Shown in pieces: positions 35,501-45,100 of a stretch of 64,000 bases of DNA. Every line of letters begins with the position of its first letter. Position 1 is the stretch's first letter. The stretch is from Asterias rubens. Its lineage: Eukaryota. Below the pieces are notes generated by a model, which did no database searches, was not told where the DNA came from, and saw only the letters and a list, made by a program, of their open reading frames with translations. The position numbers and the translations under genes are program-made. Where the stretch lies: NCBI RefSeq assembly GCF_902459465.1, contig NC_047064.1, forward strand, positions 310,001 to 374,000, written 5' to 3'.

Positions 35501-36106
35501 GTAGCAAGAGTATTTTTAATCTGAGGAATTCAAATTGAGCATTTATTACAGACCAGGCAAGTCAAAGTTCCAGACATTCATATTTAACTCGCAAATGGCT
35601 TTATGGGTGATAAAATAAAGATATTAGTATTAACTTAATATTAGCTTAATTGAATCATAGTGATCATGCTTTCTTTTATTTAGTCTAACTGTTTGCCGTT
35701 TAGGTTGACCATGTAAAACATGATTCATTTTAAATATGATTGTGTAAAAATTTGACACAAGTGTGCTGAGTATTCTATAAGCACCATACAAGCATTTGAA
35801 CAAGTGTACAGGCAAATCAGACACTCTCTGGAGCCATTAAGTTTGTTTGTGAGGATATCCGTACCAGGGTTTAGAGACGTGAAGGTACCATCAATTCGCT
35901 GCACTGCTCATAATACCAAGGATGGATCCATACAGATGTGTAACAAACATTCAGCCGACATTATTGACAAACTGACATCCTTTTTATTTCCTGTACAGTC
36001 GACCAATCGTTCCTTCAGTACTGAAGATCTTAATACTGAAATGTTGAACCTTGAGGGACTGATGAAGGACCTGAACGCTATCACAGCATCGGAACTACAG
36101 AGTTAA
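2285..36106 (+). CDS. NEO1: Neogenin/DCC/Frazzled-family netrin receptor, 5'-partial (about 30 exons in window; Ig domains expected upstream)
   Basis: Six FN3 domains match DCC/Neogenin FN1-6 in order (FN3 [13 protein letters not shown]4 [22 protein letters not shown]6 [19 protein letters not shown]). They are followed by a TM helix, P1 [15 protein letters not shown]2 [13 protein letters not shown] and P3 [16 protein letters not shown]. All exon phases are compatible. NEO1 versus DCC cannot be resolved; this is probably a pre-duplication pro-ortholog. Confidence 0.93.
3122..3301. repeat. Minisatellite, 45 bp x4
   Basis: Unit taacaactgtgatatctagccctatgttggcagtctttaattcta. Confidence 0.95.
3337..3432. 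mobile_element. Short copy of a GC-rich GAGGCAA/TTGCCTC element
   Basis: Shares gaggcaa..ttgcctccatgccc..ggtcattgccttggtg..ttgccctttcaaaaa with 14729-14895. Confidence 0.6.
3444..3501 (+). pseudogene. tRNA-derived fragment or SINE head
   Basis: A-box-like tagctctgttggtagag and B-box-like gtaggttca; no 3' acceptor stem. Confidence 0.55.
3534..3679 (+). CDS. NEO1: Gene 1 exon: FN1 C-half
   Basis: tttcag|..|gtttgt; [48 protein letters not shown]; phase 2-1. Absent from the ORF track. Confidence 0.9.
4120..4989. repeat. Minisatellite, 53-bp unit switching to a longer variant at the 3' end
   Basis: caagacctgaacccaaaccaactctttgttaacaccagaatgtgagtcctagg; later units add caagactagactgctctgt. Confidence 0.95.
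5064..5357 (+). CDS. NEO1: Gene 1 exon: FN2
   Basis: cattag|..|gtaagt; [63 protein letters not shown]. Confidence 0.9.
5674..5871 (+). CDS. NEO1: Gene 1 exon: FN3 N-part
   Basis: atccag|..|gtaagt; [65 protein letters not shown]. Confidence 0.92.
6134..6718. mobile_element. Foldback/MITE with long (about 250 bp) imperfect inverted arms
   Basis: tttctggggcggaaaaattttacagcttcattacttaaatcttacctgcaa.. is mirrored by ..ttgcaggtaagatttgagttatgaagctgtgaaaattttccgcctcagaaa. Confidence 0.85.
6997..7107 (+). CDS. NEO1: Gene 1 exon: FN3 C-part
   Basis: tgatag|..|gtacat; [36 protein letters not shown] resembles the C-half of DCC FN3. Confidence 0.9.
7140..7200 (+). mobile_element. LINE/SINE 3' tail (gcgctatataaat plus (att)n)
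   Basis: The same tail occurs at 28441-28490; it is a typical CR1/L2-type 3' end. Confidence 0.55.
7440..7680 (-). mobile_element. Degraded tRNA-derived SINE
   Basis: Minus strand reads ggtttgaatc (B-box-like)..caagacacttaacc, resembling the core of many animal tRNA-SINEs. Confidence 0.4.
8014..8126. repeat. 24-bp minisatellite, about 4.7 copies
   Basis: Unit tggtgttatatttacccatgggac. Confidence 0.9.
8590..8912. mobile_element. MITE with about 90-bp imperfect inverted arms
   Basis: gatttgaatg..ttgttcagtcacaagtgaatgc..atgtcaca versus tgtgacat..gcattcacttctgactgaacaa..cattcaaatc; one arm recurs at 35293-35390. Confidence 0.7.
9113..9216. repeat. 24-bp minisatellite, about 4.3 copies
   Basis: Unit attctggccaatgaagaggcaaac. 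Confidence 0.92.
9531..9821 (+). CDS. NEO1: Gene 1 exon: FN4
   Basis: caacag|..|gtaagt; [63 protein letters not shown]; single phase 1-1 exon. Confidence 0.93.
11266..11307 (+). CDS. NEO1: Gene 1 candidate 42-nt cassette exon in the FN4-FN5 linker
   Basis: cctttcacag|..|gtaaga; phase 1-1, no stop, (T)[13 protein letters not shown]. Confidence 0.65.
12643..12796 (+). CDS. NEO1: Gene 1 exon: FN5 N-half
   Basis: ctatag|..|gtaagt; [50 protein letters not shown]; phase 1-2. Confidence 0.9.
13168..13322 (+). CDS. NEO1: Gene 1 exon: FN5 C-half
   Basis: ggacag|..|gtaggt; [51 protein letters not shown]; phase 2-1. Confidence 0.9.
14034..14141 (+). CDS. NEO1: Gene 1 exon: FN6 N-part
   Basis: ttacag|..|gtgggt; [35 protein letters not shown]. 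Confidence 0.92.
14453..14647 (+). CDS. NEO1: Gene 1 exon: FN6 C-part
   Basis: ttatag|..|gtaatg; [64 protein letters not shown]. Confidence 0.93.
14729..14895. mobile_element. GC-rich MITE-like element (GAGGCAA/TTGCCTC family)
   Basis: Terminal inverted agtcctgatacttc..gaagcagacggact; homologous to 3337-3432. Confidence 0.6.
15462..15494 (+). CDS. NEO1: Gene 1 candidate 33-nt Pro-rich stalk exon
   Basis: ctttatag|..|gtaaga; phase 1-1; (A)[10 protein letters not shown]. Confidence 0.65.
16604..16898 (+). mobile_element. 5'-truncated copy of TTAA-MITE family B
   Basis: Collinear with 44100-44379 (atggtgaaagacttctcttgaaatat..gatgaccgattgagcctaaa..ggacaatactgtttaccg). Confidence 0.85.
17067..17436 (+). 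CDS. NEO1: Gene 1 exon: transmembrane helix plus Cys-rich juxtamembrane segment
   Basis: ccacag|..GC|gtaagt; [23 protein letters not shown] followed by 27 Cys in 70 aa, then RERKKAK; phase 1-2 joins the P1 exon in frame. Confidence 0.88.
17563..17625 (-). mobile_element. tRNA-derived SINE head remnant
   Basis: Minus strand gctcagtgg (A-box)..gtgggttcaatccc (B-box). Confidence 0.45.
17838..18266. repeat. 39-bp minisatellite x11
   Basis: ccatgtaataattctcttttgaggtagttttggctctga; 429 bp = 11 units. Confidence 0.97.
18324..18526 (+). CDS. NEO1: Gene 1 exon carrying the P1 motif
   Basis: ccacag|..|gtagga; [37 protein letters not shown].. (DCC/Neogenin P1 consensus PPDLWIHHE). Confidence 0.93.
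18967..19017 (+). CDS. NEO1: Gene 1 cytoplasmic exon (51 nt)
   Basis: ttacag|..|gtaaga; phase 1-1; [16 protein letters not shown]. Confidence 0.75.
21975..22088 (+). CDS. NEO1: Gene 1 cytoplasmic exon (114 nt)
   Basis: atttag|..|gtagtg; phase 1-1; [37 protein letters not shown]. Confidence 0.7.
22734..22748 (+). CDS. NEO1: Gene 1 candidate 15-nt microexon
   Basis: Long pyrimidine tract gtcctcttccctcactcccccag|atctgcatgtacgag|gtatgg; phase 1-1; (D)LHVR. Confidence 0.5.
23462..23518 (+). CDS. NEO1: Gene 1 cytoplasmic exon (57 nt)
   Basis: ttttctctgtctcag|..|gtatca; phase 1-1; [18 protein letters not shown]. Confidence 0.6.
24543..24614 (+). CDS. NEO1: Gene 1 cytoplasmic exon (72 nt)
   Basis: ggacag|..|gtatga; phase 1-1; [23 protein letters not shown]. 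Confidence 0.6.
25306..25500 (+). CDS. NEO1: Gene 1 cytoplasmic exon (195 nt)
   Basis: ttatag|..|gtagat; phase 1-1; [64 protein letters not shown]; GC content elevated relative to the flanking introns. Confidence 0.7.
26284..26367 (+). CDS. NEO1: Gene 1 cytoplasmic exon (84 nt)
   Basis: taacag|..|gtagag; phase 1-1; [27 protein letters not shown]. Confidence 0.65.
26495..26780. mobile_element. MITE with GGCCCAATTTCATAG termini
   Basis: gggcccaatttcatag..ctatgaaattggact with an internal tandem duplication; related ends near 35395, 52143 and 60624. Confidence 0.7.
27496..27588 (+). CDS. NEO1: Gene 1 cytoplasmic exon (93 nt)
   Basis: aaacag|..|gtattg; phase 1-1; [30 protein letters not shown]. 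Confidence 0.6.
27949..28334 (+). mobile_element. TTAA-flanked MITE family A (Kolobok-like non-autonomous), full length
   Basis: ttaa|agacagtggacgctattggtaatt..aattaccaatagtgtccactgcct|ttaa; TTAA TSD with purine-purine termini fits Kolobok rather than piggyBac (CCC). Confidence 0.85.
29505..30014 (+). CDS. NEO1: Gene 1 cytoplasmic exon (510 nt)
   Basis: ttacag|..|gtagaa; 170 open codons, [29 protein letters not shown]; phase 1-1. Confidence 0.8.
30353..30937 (+). CDS. NEO1: Gene 1 cytoplasmic exon (585 nt, Ser/Gly-rich)
   Basis: ctccag|..|gtatgt; [45 protein letters not shown]; phase 1-1. Confidence 0.82.
31291..31512 (+). CDS. NEO1: Gene 1 cytoplasmic exon (222 nt)
   Basis: ttgaag|..|gtgagt; [25 protein letters not shown]; phase 1-1. 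Confidence 0.8.
31929..32234 (+). CDS. NEO1: Gene 1 cytoplasmic exon (306 nt)
   Basis: atccag|..|gtaatc; [42 protein letters not shown]; phase 1-1. Confidence 0.78.
33391..33498 (+). CDS. NEO1: Gene 1 cytoplasmic exon (108 nt)
   Basis: ttacag|..|gtacca; [35 protein letters not shown]; phase 1-1. Confidence 0.72.
34266..34400 (+). CDS. NEO1: Gene 1 exon carrying the P2 motif
   Basis: tctcag|..|gtgata; [44 protein letters not shown] (Neogenin P2 HPLKSFAVP-like). Confidence 0.85.
34438..34595. mobile_element. Small MITE with GC-rich TIR
   Basis: ggccattttccgaaatccacggcttcggc..gctgaagccgtggttttcaaaagggc. Confidence 0.6.
35083..35228 (+). CDS. NEO1: Gene 1 penultimate exon
   Basis: tttcag|..|gtgagt; [48 protein letters not shown] (resembles Neogenin PMPVVVPSAPEV); phase 1-0. 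Confidence 0.87.
35999..36106 (+). CDS. NEO1: Gene 1 last coding exon with the P3 motif and stop
   Basis: gtacag|[35 protein letters not shown]. Confidence 0.95.
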   Translation, partial: STNRSFSTEDLNTEMLNLEGLMKDLNAITASELQS

Positions 36107-37556
36107 AGACCCCCCCCCCCCCCCCCCCCATCCCCAAACTCTTTCCTAATCTATAATCTGTATAAAGAAAACCGCATCTTGTTTTCATCTTGTGAATTAA
36201 TCAAATAAATGTGGTTTAATAATGTTGGGATGACCAATTTTGATGGATTTTTAGGTAAAAGGGAGGATGAGGATTTTGTATGATGATATTTGCTTGTATA
36301 ATAGAGAGCTGTTAACTGTAATCTATAGGAGTTTGTCTCGGATGTGTGTGTGGGGAAAATCTGTTGGCAGTTCTGGTCACAAACTAAAAGCAAGAAGTAG
36401 GATATGTTGCCTTAATGATGGTTTAGACACCGATCACATGCTGCAATAATTGTTATTTGCCAAATTGTGATTGAGAAATGGGTGGCTTGTGACACAGTGT
36501 GAAGTTAAACATCACAGCGTTAGATAAAAGTATCAAATATACACATGGCTAGCTTTGGAGCAAACTTATGATTCATTAGATGCAAGAGGTCATTGAGGGT
36601 TAACCTCAAGTCATGACCTTTGACCGTTTCAGAGTAGTGACATTTTGTAAGACTTAAAAGTAATGCACTCTTGGTGTTTATGTAATCGCACTCTCTTTTG
36701 TTGTACTGTGAAGCAGTTTAAATTATCTGCAATTTCAAGTTTTACCTAAGAACTTTTGACCAATTCCTGCGTCAAGGGGGTAAAACAGACACCGCAGAAT
36801 GTTTTTATGTTAAATTTTGAAAAGAAGAAAGAAAAACATTCACATTGATAAAGTAGACTTACATTGGGTAGCCCCTTTGGTTGACAGAAATGTTACTTGC
36901 CTGGCATTGGCGTTACACAACTATGAAAGGCTCATAGAGAGTTGTAGGCCCAATATTAACTAAGATAATGATTAGTTTAGTGTCAGGCTCTATCAAAATC
37001 TTTGGTCTATTTGTGATTGTCAAAGGTCACAAAAATAACATCTTATCAACAAGAAAAAATTAATGATGAAGAAACCTTTTTGAAGTCTAGGTTTGATACA
37101 TGTCTTTTTGAAAAATGTAAATTGATCAATTTTGATAAAATGCCCAGAGTTTAGTTTTTGTTGTGGACAATTTTTTTTACAACAAAAACAAAAGAGTTGT
37201 GATTTTAGCTGTATATTTTAATAAAAGGGACCTGCTGGGGCTAACAAATCAATAATAATAATGCAGTAGTATTGGTATATAGTAGCAATTAATTCATCAT
37301 AAATTCACACATTTTTTACAAGTTAATGTACACATATTTCTCCCATTATTTTGTTGGTGCTGTTTAAAAAAAAATGATAACGAATGAGAAAAAAAAATGA
37401 GGGTGTTAAAATGTACACTAATGAATGGGTATTTGGCCCCTCAAAAACAGGTATCCATTGTATGCTTAATATAATGTTGTTCTATATTTAGCACATTATT
37501 CTTTGAGTCATTCAACATCCCCTGTATCAAACATAGGACCTCTTAAAATAACTGTA

Positions 37557-37572
37557 TAGCGCCCTCTAGTGA
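37557..37572 (-). promoter_or_regulatory. CTCF-like motif
   Basis: tagcgccctctagtga = TCACTAGAGGGCGCTA on the minus strand, 15/16 match to the CCACTAGAGGGCGCTA CTCF core variant. Confidence 0.4.
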
Positions 37573-39121
37573 TAAACAAAGGTTATTAAAGGAAGTTCTA
37601 GTGTAGTTATTTTTATTAAACTTGAAACCAATAATTCTCAGTGACGAGAAGTTGGTTTTCTTATACTTGCCATGGTGATTTCAAAGATTCTAGAGTTTCA
37701 GTTCTAATAGTTCAGTCTTAGATAACTTTATAGACTAGGAATATAAGTTTCTGAAACTGACGGAGATAAATATTTCTTTTTTTTATTTTGTGCAAGGTTC
37801 ATCTTGTTGAAAATGCCATCACTACAGTGTATTTCAGATTGATGTAAAAAGTATACCTGGCTCCTTTGATGACCAAGTATTAATATTTGTACTTAAACCT
37901 TACTTAGTTGAATACCATGTACTGAAAGTTCTTTTTTTTAAGGTTAAGCCCAGCATTTTATATATTTTTTATACTAAATTATTTGCTTGTTTTGTAACTG
38001 TATGGTGCATCAGTGCATTTGTAAAATTAACCTATATATAAGAGGTGGTGGGTAATGCAAAGTAATACCCATAACATATGGTAAAATTAAAGAGTTATTT
38101 ATAGGTAAACAGTTTTTGTTGATTTGGGGGTTTGGTTTGGGTTTTTCCCTTATACCACTGAAAATGTGACAAAATTATAGATGGAAATTCACAGTAGTTT
38201 CCTTTTAAAGATGAGGACATTTGTTATAATATTGACAATTGTACCTTTACAAAATGTCTGAATGCAAACTCGATTTCAGTAAAAAAAAAAATTATTGCAA
38301 AAATGCAGAATGTAATATAAATGAGATAACATGTTAAGGGTGCTGGAAACAACCTGGAATACTTACTTACATGCTAAAGTTCTTACACTGTTCAAAGCTT
38401 CAGAAACTTGCTTGTTATATAAATAAGAAATTAAATCAGTTGCTTTGCTACTTATTCAAAATTAGGGAGAGGGTTTTGTAGCTTTGTAAATACCACCTGC
38501 ACTAGTCAGAAGTGCAAATGTTAAATGTACGAAAAATTCTTGATAGAATTTAAGATGTTTCTTTTTACAATTCAAATGAGTGACAGACTGAGATGTGGTG
38601 GATGGAAGATTTACACGCTGTACAGGAATAAATAGCATGGTTGAGGATCATGGATAACGAGTTGAGGTTTTTTCTCATCACCACAGTTTTTATCAAAATG
38701 GTAAAGCTAAAGTTGATTATTACAGAAAGATCATTGTTGTATATTTGATGACTGATGTGAACCATATCATTGTGGTTGTTTATTGACGAGACTGTACTAG
38801 TTGGTTATTTTAAAAACATGCACTCATTCCTTTTATAGATCAATTGTTGGATTTTTTTTTTAAACTAACTTATTGCATAATGTTTTAGAGGATTTGTTTT
38901 TTCAGTGCAAGGAATATTAATGGTAATACTTCGCTTAATACACTTTGTGCAAAAAGGCTTTTTCTAATACGCTTTTTGACAAAATGTTTTCTTTGTGCAA
39001 GAATTGTTGACATACTTTGTTATGGTGTACTTCTATTTATTTTTAAAGTAACTCTGTATAGAGTACAGTGGCAAGTATAAAGTGTAGGTATAATACGCGC
39101 TGGCATAAACTTATCTTGAGA

Positions 39122-39127
39122 AATAAA
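39122..39127 (+). terminator. Candidate polyadenylation signal of gene 1 (implies a 3' UTR of about 3 kb)
   Basis: AATAAA followed by a GT-rich tract (gtgattgtcttct). More proximal AATAAA also exist, e.g. 36204. Confidence 0.4.
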
Positions 39128-41662
39128 CATGTAGTTCAACTCAAAGTGATTGTCTTCTAGGTCTATATTAGAGAGATATACTGATAGGCTCAATAATGGT
39201 TCAAATAATAAAAAAAGACCTTACAATGCAATGGTTGAATGCAACTTTTACCAAATTGGCCTTAAATCCTAACATTTTGATGCTACTTAAAAGTAAAGTT
39301 TAACGGTAAATTTCAACGAAGATGATAGTAGATTTTTGTGGATAATATCAAGAAGCGTAGAGGTTTCATGAAAGATTGTATTTGAACATTATACTTTACA
39401 CTCTGGCACGTATTGCACAAGGGTGACCCACAAATAGGAAGATTGAATTCAAAACTATTTAAATCTTCACCTAAAGGTTAAGATACATGTACTTACGTTT
39501 AGCTTCTTTTTCATGAAATATTTTGAGACATAATAATCAAAGATTTGTAAAGAATTGAAGTTGAGATCGACTGAAACATCAGAGTGGGCCAAGAAGTTTA
39601 ACAAGTTCATTGATTGTGCCATTGTCTTTCCAAAAAAACTTCAGTTTTGAAGAAGTGTTAAAAGGGTACCCGGTAATGTACTTGAAAAGGTGATAAGTTT
39701 ACTTAAACACGTTTATTTGCTAGTTTCATGACAATTTAGCAGAAAATAGATCTGTAAAAGTATGATTTGACACTTCATTTCGTGACTCCTTATGTTGTCA
39801 TCTTTGCCTTTAAAGTTGACTGATTCCTGTGAAGTTGTTTTGGTTTTGACCAACCCATAGTTAGGATGTACAATCATTGGATACTACAGTACAGTACTTA
39901 ATGCAGTAAACTAACTGTATGGATACTACAGTACAGTACTTTAAAATGCAGTAAACTAACTGTATCAATATACAATCATTGGATACTACAGTACAGTACT
40001 TAATGCAGTAAACTAACTGTATCAATTTAATTATTAGTGTAAATAGCTTCAGGAGTCTAGGAACGGACCTTTATCATATGGCAGTCATCTCCATAGTAAA
40101 TACATGTAACCAGATTGTATAATAGTCTGGTTCCTAGCTGATTATTCTTGAATCAGTGCATTGATATTGACAAAGATTGCCCAAGTGTTATTATCACAGC
40201 AAAGGCACATTAATTAGCAACTCAATGTTTCGATCAGTATGCTCATTTTGGGTTTTCTTCCTTAATTTGTATCTATACTTGATCAAATTAGTTCATCAAG
40301 ATAGGTTAGTGTTAAGTTTTCAAAGCACAACCAATAAACATTTAATCTGTTGGAGATGAGAGTAAAGATGGCTGCATTTGATAAAGGTTCTGTGTGGTAA
40401 TACCCATAGCATACCTTGTCTGTCTGCTTGGGATGTCATTCAAAACTCGTGTACAAAACAATAATATTAATAATGATGTATGTTAATGAGTATCACAGCT
40501 TATTCTGTATGTGGGCTTAAGTTGGGTTTCATTCTGTAGTAAATTGTGGCATAATTTGGACAATAAAACTTAAGGTTTTTTATTTAAAAGACTGGTTTTG
40601 TTGTGGTTTGTTTTGTCATTGTTTTTTTGTCGAGGTGTTGCTTGAATGAAAAGTTTCCCATTTATTTAACATCTTTTGAAGCATTGAACCTTTTTCTACC
40701 CATGCTCTGGTCTGGAAGGGGGAAGTCTAGTATGTCCTTAACTTTATAGATGTTGTTAAAGTAAAATTACTAGATAAATAGTTCTAAATGCCCAGATCAA
40801 CAAGCCACATGAAAGAGCAACATGTTTATGCACAAACGGATGGACAGGCAACAAACAATTCAAAACTTGACACGTTGTAAGCATTTTGATTTCTTTGGGG
40901 AGGGGGGATGTTTATATAGGCCAGTGTAAATTATTGTAAAGAACTGAAAGCTAAACAACTTGCTTGCAGCATTCTTGTAATAGTCCTAACAGTATTTGTA
41001 ACCCCACAATCATGTACATGTTGGCATATAGGCCTAACATAAACAAATGTTACGAACAAGAAGGCACAACAAAACCATAAATGATAAAAAGTATGTCGGG
41101 GTAATATCACGGTCATATACAAACTTTTACAGTTGTAAACCTAGAATCTAAACCTTAGTATTTATTGCCCATCGCCCATAGTAGAAAGGTCACTTTACTG
41201 ACATTTTTATGGTGGTTGTTACTCCATGGGTTACTCGAGGGAGTCTATAACCTTACCCATGGAAGAAGGAATTTACCTTCATAGGTTTTGTTTTCCTTTC
41301 GAATCAACATCATTTGTCAAGGCTGTTAAATTTGGGGACGTGGTCTTCTTTTGGTTTTACTTTCGGCCACAAATAATACCATTGGTTTCAAACAACTATA
41401 TTTTTTTAAACATAACAATTATTGTCATAATCAATTCATATGAGCATGAGATTTGTTTCTTCAAAATTTGTCATAAATTCAGTATAAAGTATAGATTGGA
41501 TTTTATTCAACAAACTGAAAAAAAATATTTAATTTACTATATAGTTTGAACTGGTAAGTTTTTTAATTAGGCAGATTTTTAATTCAAAAATTCTGATACA
41601 CTAGTCTTGAATGTATTCCCCAGTCCTGCATGGTTTCATTGGAGACAAATTCCACCTGTTTC

Positions 41663-41670
41663 TATAAAAG
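41663..41670 (+). promoter_or_regulatory. Possible TATA box of gene 2
   Basis: TATAAAAG about 380 nt upstream of the gene 2 ATG; position only, no TSS evidence. Confidence 0.25.
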
Positions 41671-42046
41671 CGCATCACCCCAAACACGGTTTATGTGGGC
41701 GAGACCAAAAAGTTTCTTAAAGGGGTGCTTTGTTACAGTTATTAAAGGTCCGTATATGTCATACTAGATATTTGCACTTTTATTTGAAAATCTGCACAAA
41801 AGCTTGCGTAGTTTATGTTTTGAAAAATAAGTCCTATCAACGAAAATAACAAAATCAGGAATCCCCTTCAGTTAAGTTTTTTTGTTAAGCTTGGTAACAC
41901 CCTTGGAACAAATGGATCTGTCTTACCTTGAATTGTTGTGCGTGGAGCAAACAATCTAGATCTTTCTTGGTTGTCTGCCTCAAGCAAGTGGACCGTCTCG
42001 GAGAACCCAGCCGTGTCTTGTCTAAATATAACGACCAGGACTAGCG

Positions 42047-42119
42047 ATGGCGTCGTTTCCATGCAACTCTTTGCTGTTGCTGACAACTTTGATAGCAGTG
42101 TTGATGTCGTGTGATGGAC
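42047..42119 (+). CDS. Gene 2 exon 1: signal peptide
   Basis: gcgATGGCG..GGAC|gtaagt; MASFPCNSLLLLTTLIAVLMSCDG with a hydrophobic core. Confidence 0.8.
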
Positions 42120-45100
42120 GTAAGTTATCCAAGAGACTTGGTACTTTTGTTTTCTAGGTCGGGCTGTTCTTAGTGGCGTAGACCCAATCTCCATCATGTT
42201 TGTATATCATCATGTTCTTTGTTTACATTCAAGTCTTCAGCCACACCTCCATCTTTTATTGTTTAGTGTTGTAACAAACAGTAATGTGTTGATATAAATT
42301 CATGAGTCTGTTTTATCAGGTTGCTCCAATGTCACGAATGTGACAAATAATTGAAACCACACTCCACATAGTATTAGTATAGAGGAAGAAAATTCATTTT
42401 GTGTTTTAAAAAGGTTTAGATTTAAAGGAACATTACAGAATTGATTTTTGCTCACAAAACAGTTGCTGGCAGTGTATAAGCACTTTATGCAATCCACCAT
42501 ATACATAAACTAACAAACCTATAGAAGTTTGAGATTGATCGGCCATTTGGGTCATGAGAGAATAGTGAAAAACCGATAACAAATTTTGCATTGCATCGAT
42601 GCCAAAATAAAAATGAATAAAACTCTCACTGAGCGATTAACTCCAAACGCGAAGTTAGATTGTTTATTTCTCATCAAATATGAAATTTCAGACAGAAATA
42701 TTTCAAGGGATGTTTTCTACTATCATCATCAATAGACCGTGTAAGTTTTATCTAAATCTGTGATCTTCACGATTTTTGTTTCTTAACCAATTCTGTATTG
42801 TGCCTCTAACTTACTGGGCTCAATTTCATCTCAGACTCTCTATAGCATGACAAATTGTTGGCTCTCTGTCCCATTCCATCTGACAGCACCTCATCTAAAA
42901 GCGCTGGGATGGGCATAATTCTACCTCCAGTCCATGGATACTTGATACTTGATAATTATTATATTCCCTGGTCACCCTGTCCTGTTTTATGTGTTTACAA
43001 AAGATTCCATTGACCCAATATTAATGTTGTTCTTTTGTGTAATTTCATTCCAAATAATCATTGTAAATACTTGCCTTGTACTGAAAAGTAGGGCTTGGTC
43101 GCAACACTATTCTTAATTTGGTTTGAAAAGATGGTTTAGGTACTATGATACAAAGAGCTATATTGTATGTATGTGTGTGTGATTAGATGTATCACTGCAT
43201 CCTGAGTGAGAATTTGTACAAGCTCCATCAGTCCATCCCAGTGGTCTCGCTTATAAAAGCAGAACAATGCAAGCTAATTTTTTTAACAGGTTTGAAAAAT
43301 GTTTTGTTTTGCTTCAAACATCTGATTATTTTTCGCTTGTAGTACAGCTAGCACAGCACTTGCCCTGTATGCGGAGAACAGTGACTGTAAGTGTCAGCCC
43401 CAAGTTATGCCATTGGGCCCTGCTCTGAATTATATGCATTTGTTAGAAATCCCTTTTGCTAATATAAACTTGACCCTACCAAGGAAAGAGTAGAGAATCA
43501 AAGCTTGGTATGGTCAGAGTGTATGAGTATACGCCATAAATTACCTCTCGGTTTCTGGTTCTGAGCCAACTACATGTACTTGGGTTATAGGTGCTGAAAC
43601 AGCATTTCATGGCCACAAGCAAAAATATTTGTGTTTATCCGACGATGTTAAAGACACTAGACACAATTGGTAATTGTCAAAGACCAGTCTTTTCACTTGG
43701 TGTAGCTCAACATATGCATAAAATAAATCATAATTGTGAAAATTTGAGCTCAATTGGTCTTCGAAGTTGGGAGATAATAATGAAAGAAAAAACACCCTTG
43801 TCACATGAAGTTTATGGCTTTCAGATGCTTGATTTCGAGACCTCAAATTCTAAATCTGAGGTCACGAAATCAAATTCGTGGAAATCGTCTTTCTCAAAAA
43901 AACTACTTTACTTCAGAGGGAGCCATCTCATAATGTTGTATACTATCAGCAGCGCCCCATTACTCGTTACCAAGTAAGGTTTTATGGTAATAACTATTTT
44001 GAGTAATAACCAATAGCCTTGAAAGCCATTATACACTTTCAGTAAAAAAAAAAAAAAAAAAGTTCACAGATTTACAAATAATTTACAGGGTTTACAGAAG
44101 GTAATGGTGAAAGACTTCTCTTGAAATATTTGTCCATGAAATGCTTTACTTTTTGAGAAAACATTAAAACAATATCAATTCTCGATAGCGAGAATTACGG
44201 ATTTATTTTAAATACATGTCATGACACGGCGAAACATGCGGAAACAAGAGTTTTTCTCCCGACTCCGATGACCGATTGAGCCTAAATTTTCACAGGTTTG
44301 TTATTTTATATATAAGTTGTGATACACGAAGTGTGGGACTTGGACAATACTGTTTACCGTAAGTGTATAATGGCTTTAAGTGATATATTTTTTGAATAAT
44401 TTTTTAAAATGAATCTGAAAACAAATTCTCTGAGAGTATTTTTGACATTTAAAAAACCCCAATTTCTGAGCTATACCACAACCCCTAGTAAATGTAAAAA
44501 TACTTGGATGAATCTTTGATGTATCAATCACAGCTCTGCTTTTTTTCTCAGAGAAGATATCAAGATACCAAGTTATACTCAGTTCGGTGTTTTAAACATG
44601 TGTGCCATTTAAACATGTGTGCCATTTTTGTTGTCAGTTGTTCCTGAAATTGTACATGGTTTACTAGATGCCAACCTCTTAACACTGTAAGGTCATTTCT
44701 GAAAGCCCCTGGTGTTAGGTAATTTGATTACTGAATACCAAGGACATCTCCTTAAACTTATTAATGTCCCAGGTGGTTCAAGTTTAGGATTTGACATAAA
44801 TCATTACATCCAAGGTGAAAGGAAAACCAATTGCAAATTGATGTTGTAATGTTAACTTTTTGTTATTTACTCCCAGGGGAATAATGAAGTAAAAGTATAA
44901 TATTTTGTGTTTTGTTTTGGAAAATCATCGAAACTCAGGAATGCACTAAAAAACAAACCCTATTCAAGAATTAGACTCAGTTTTTTTATAAATGTTGTCA
45001 TTAACAGTAAAAGTTAAACTTTTTTTCATTAGAGCCGGTGATACTCTGTGAAAAGCCAAAAAAATCACTCAAAAAAATATATTTTTTAATGTTTGGGGCC

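Noticed and set aside
41868-42197. Minus-strand 109-aa ORF
   Set aside because: It is the antisense shadow of the gene 2 signal-peptide exon and 5' UTR, with no recognisable features
43343-43386. Upstream acceptor (43343) for gene 2 exon 2
   Set aside because: It would end in phase 0 and break the frame with the next exon; the acceptor at 43348 keeps phase 1-1
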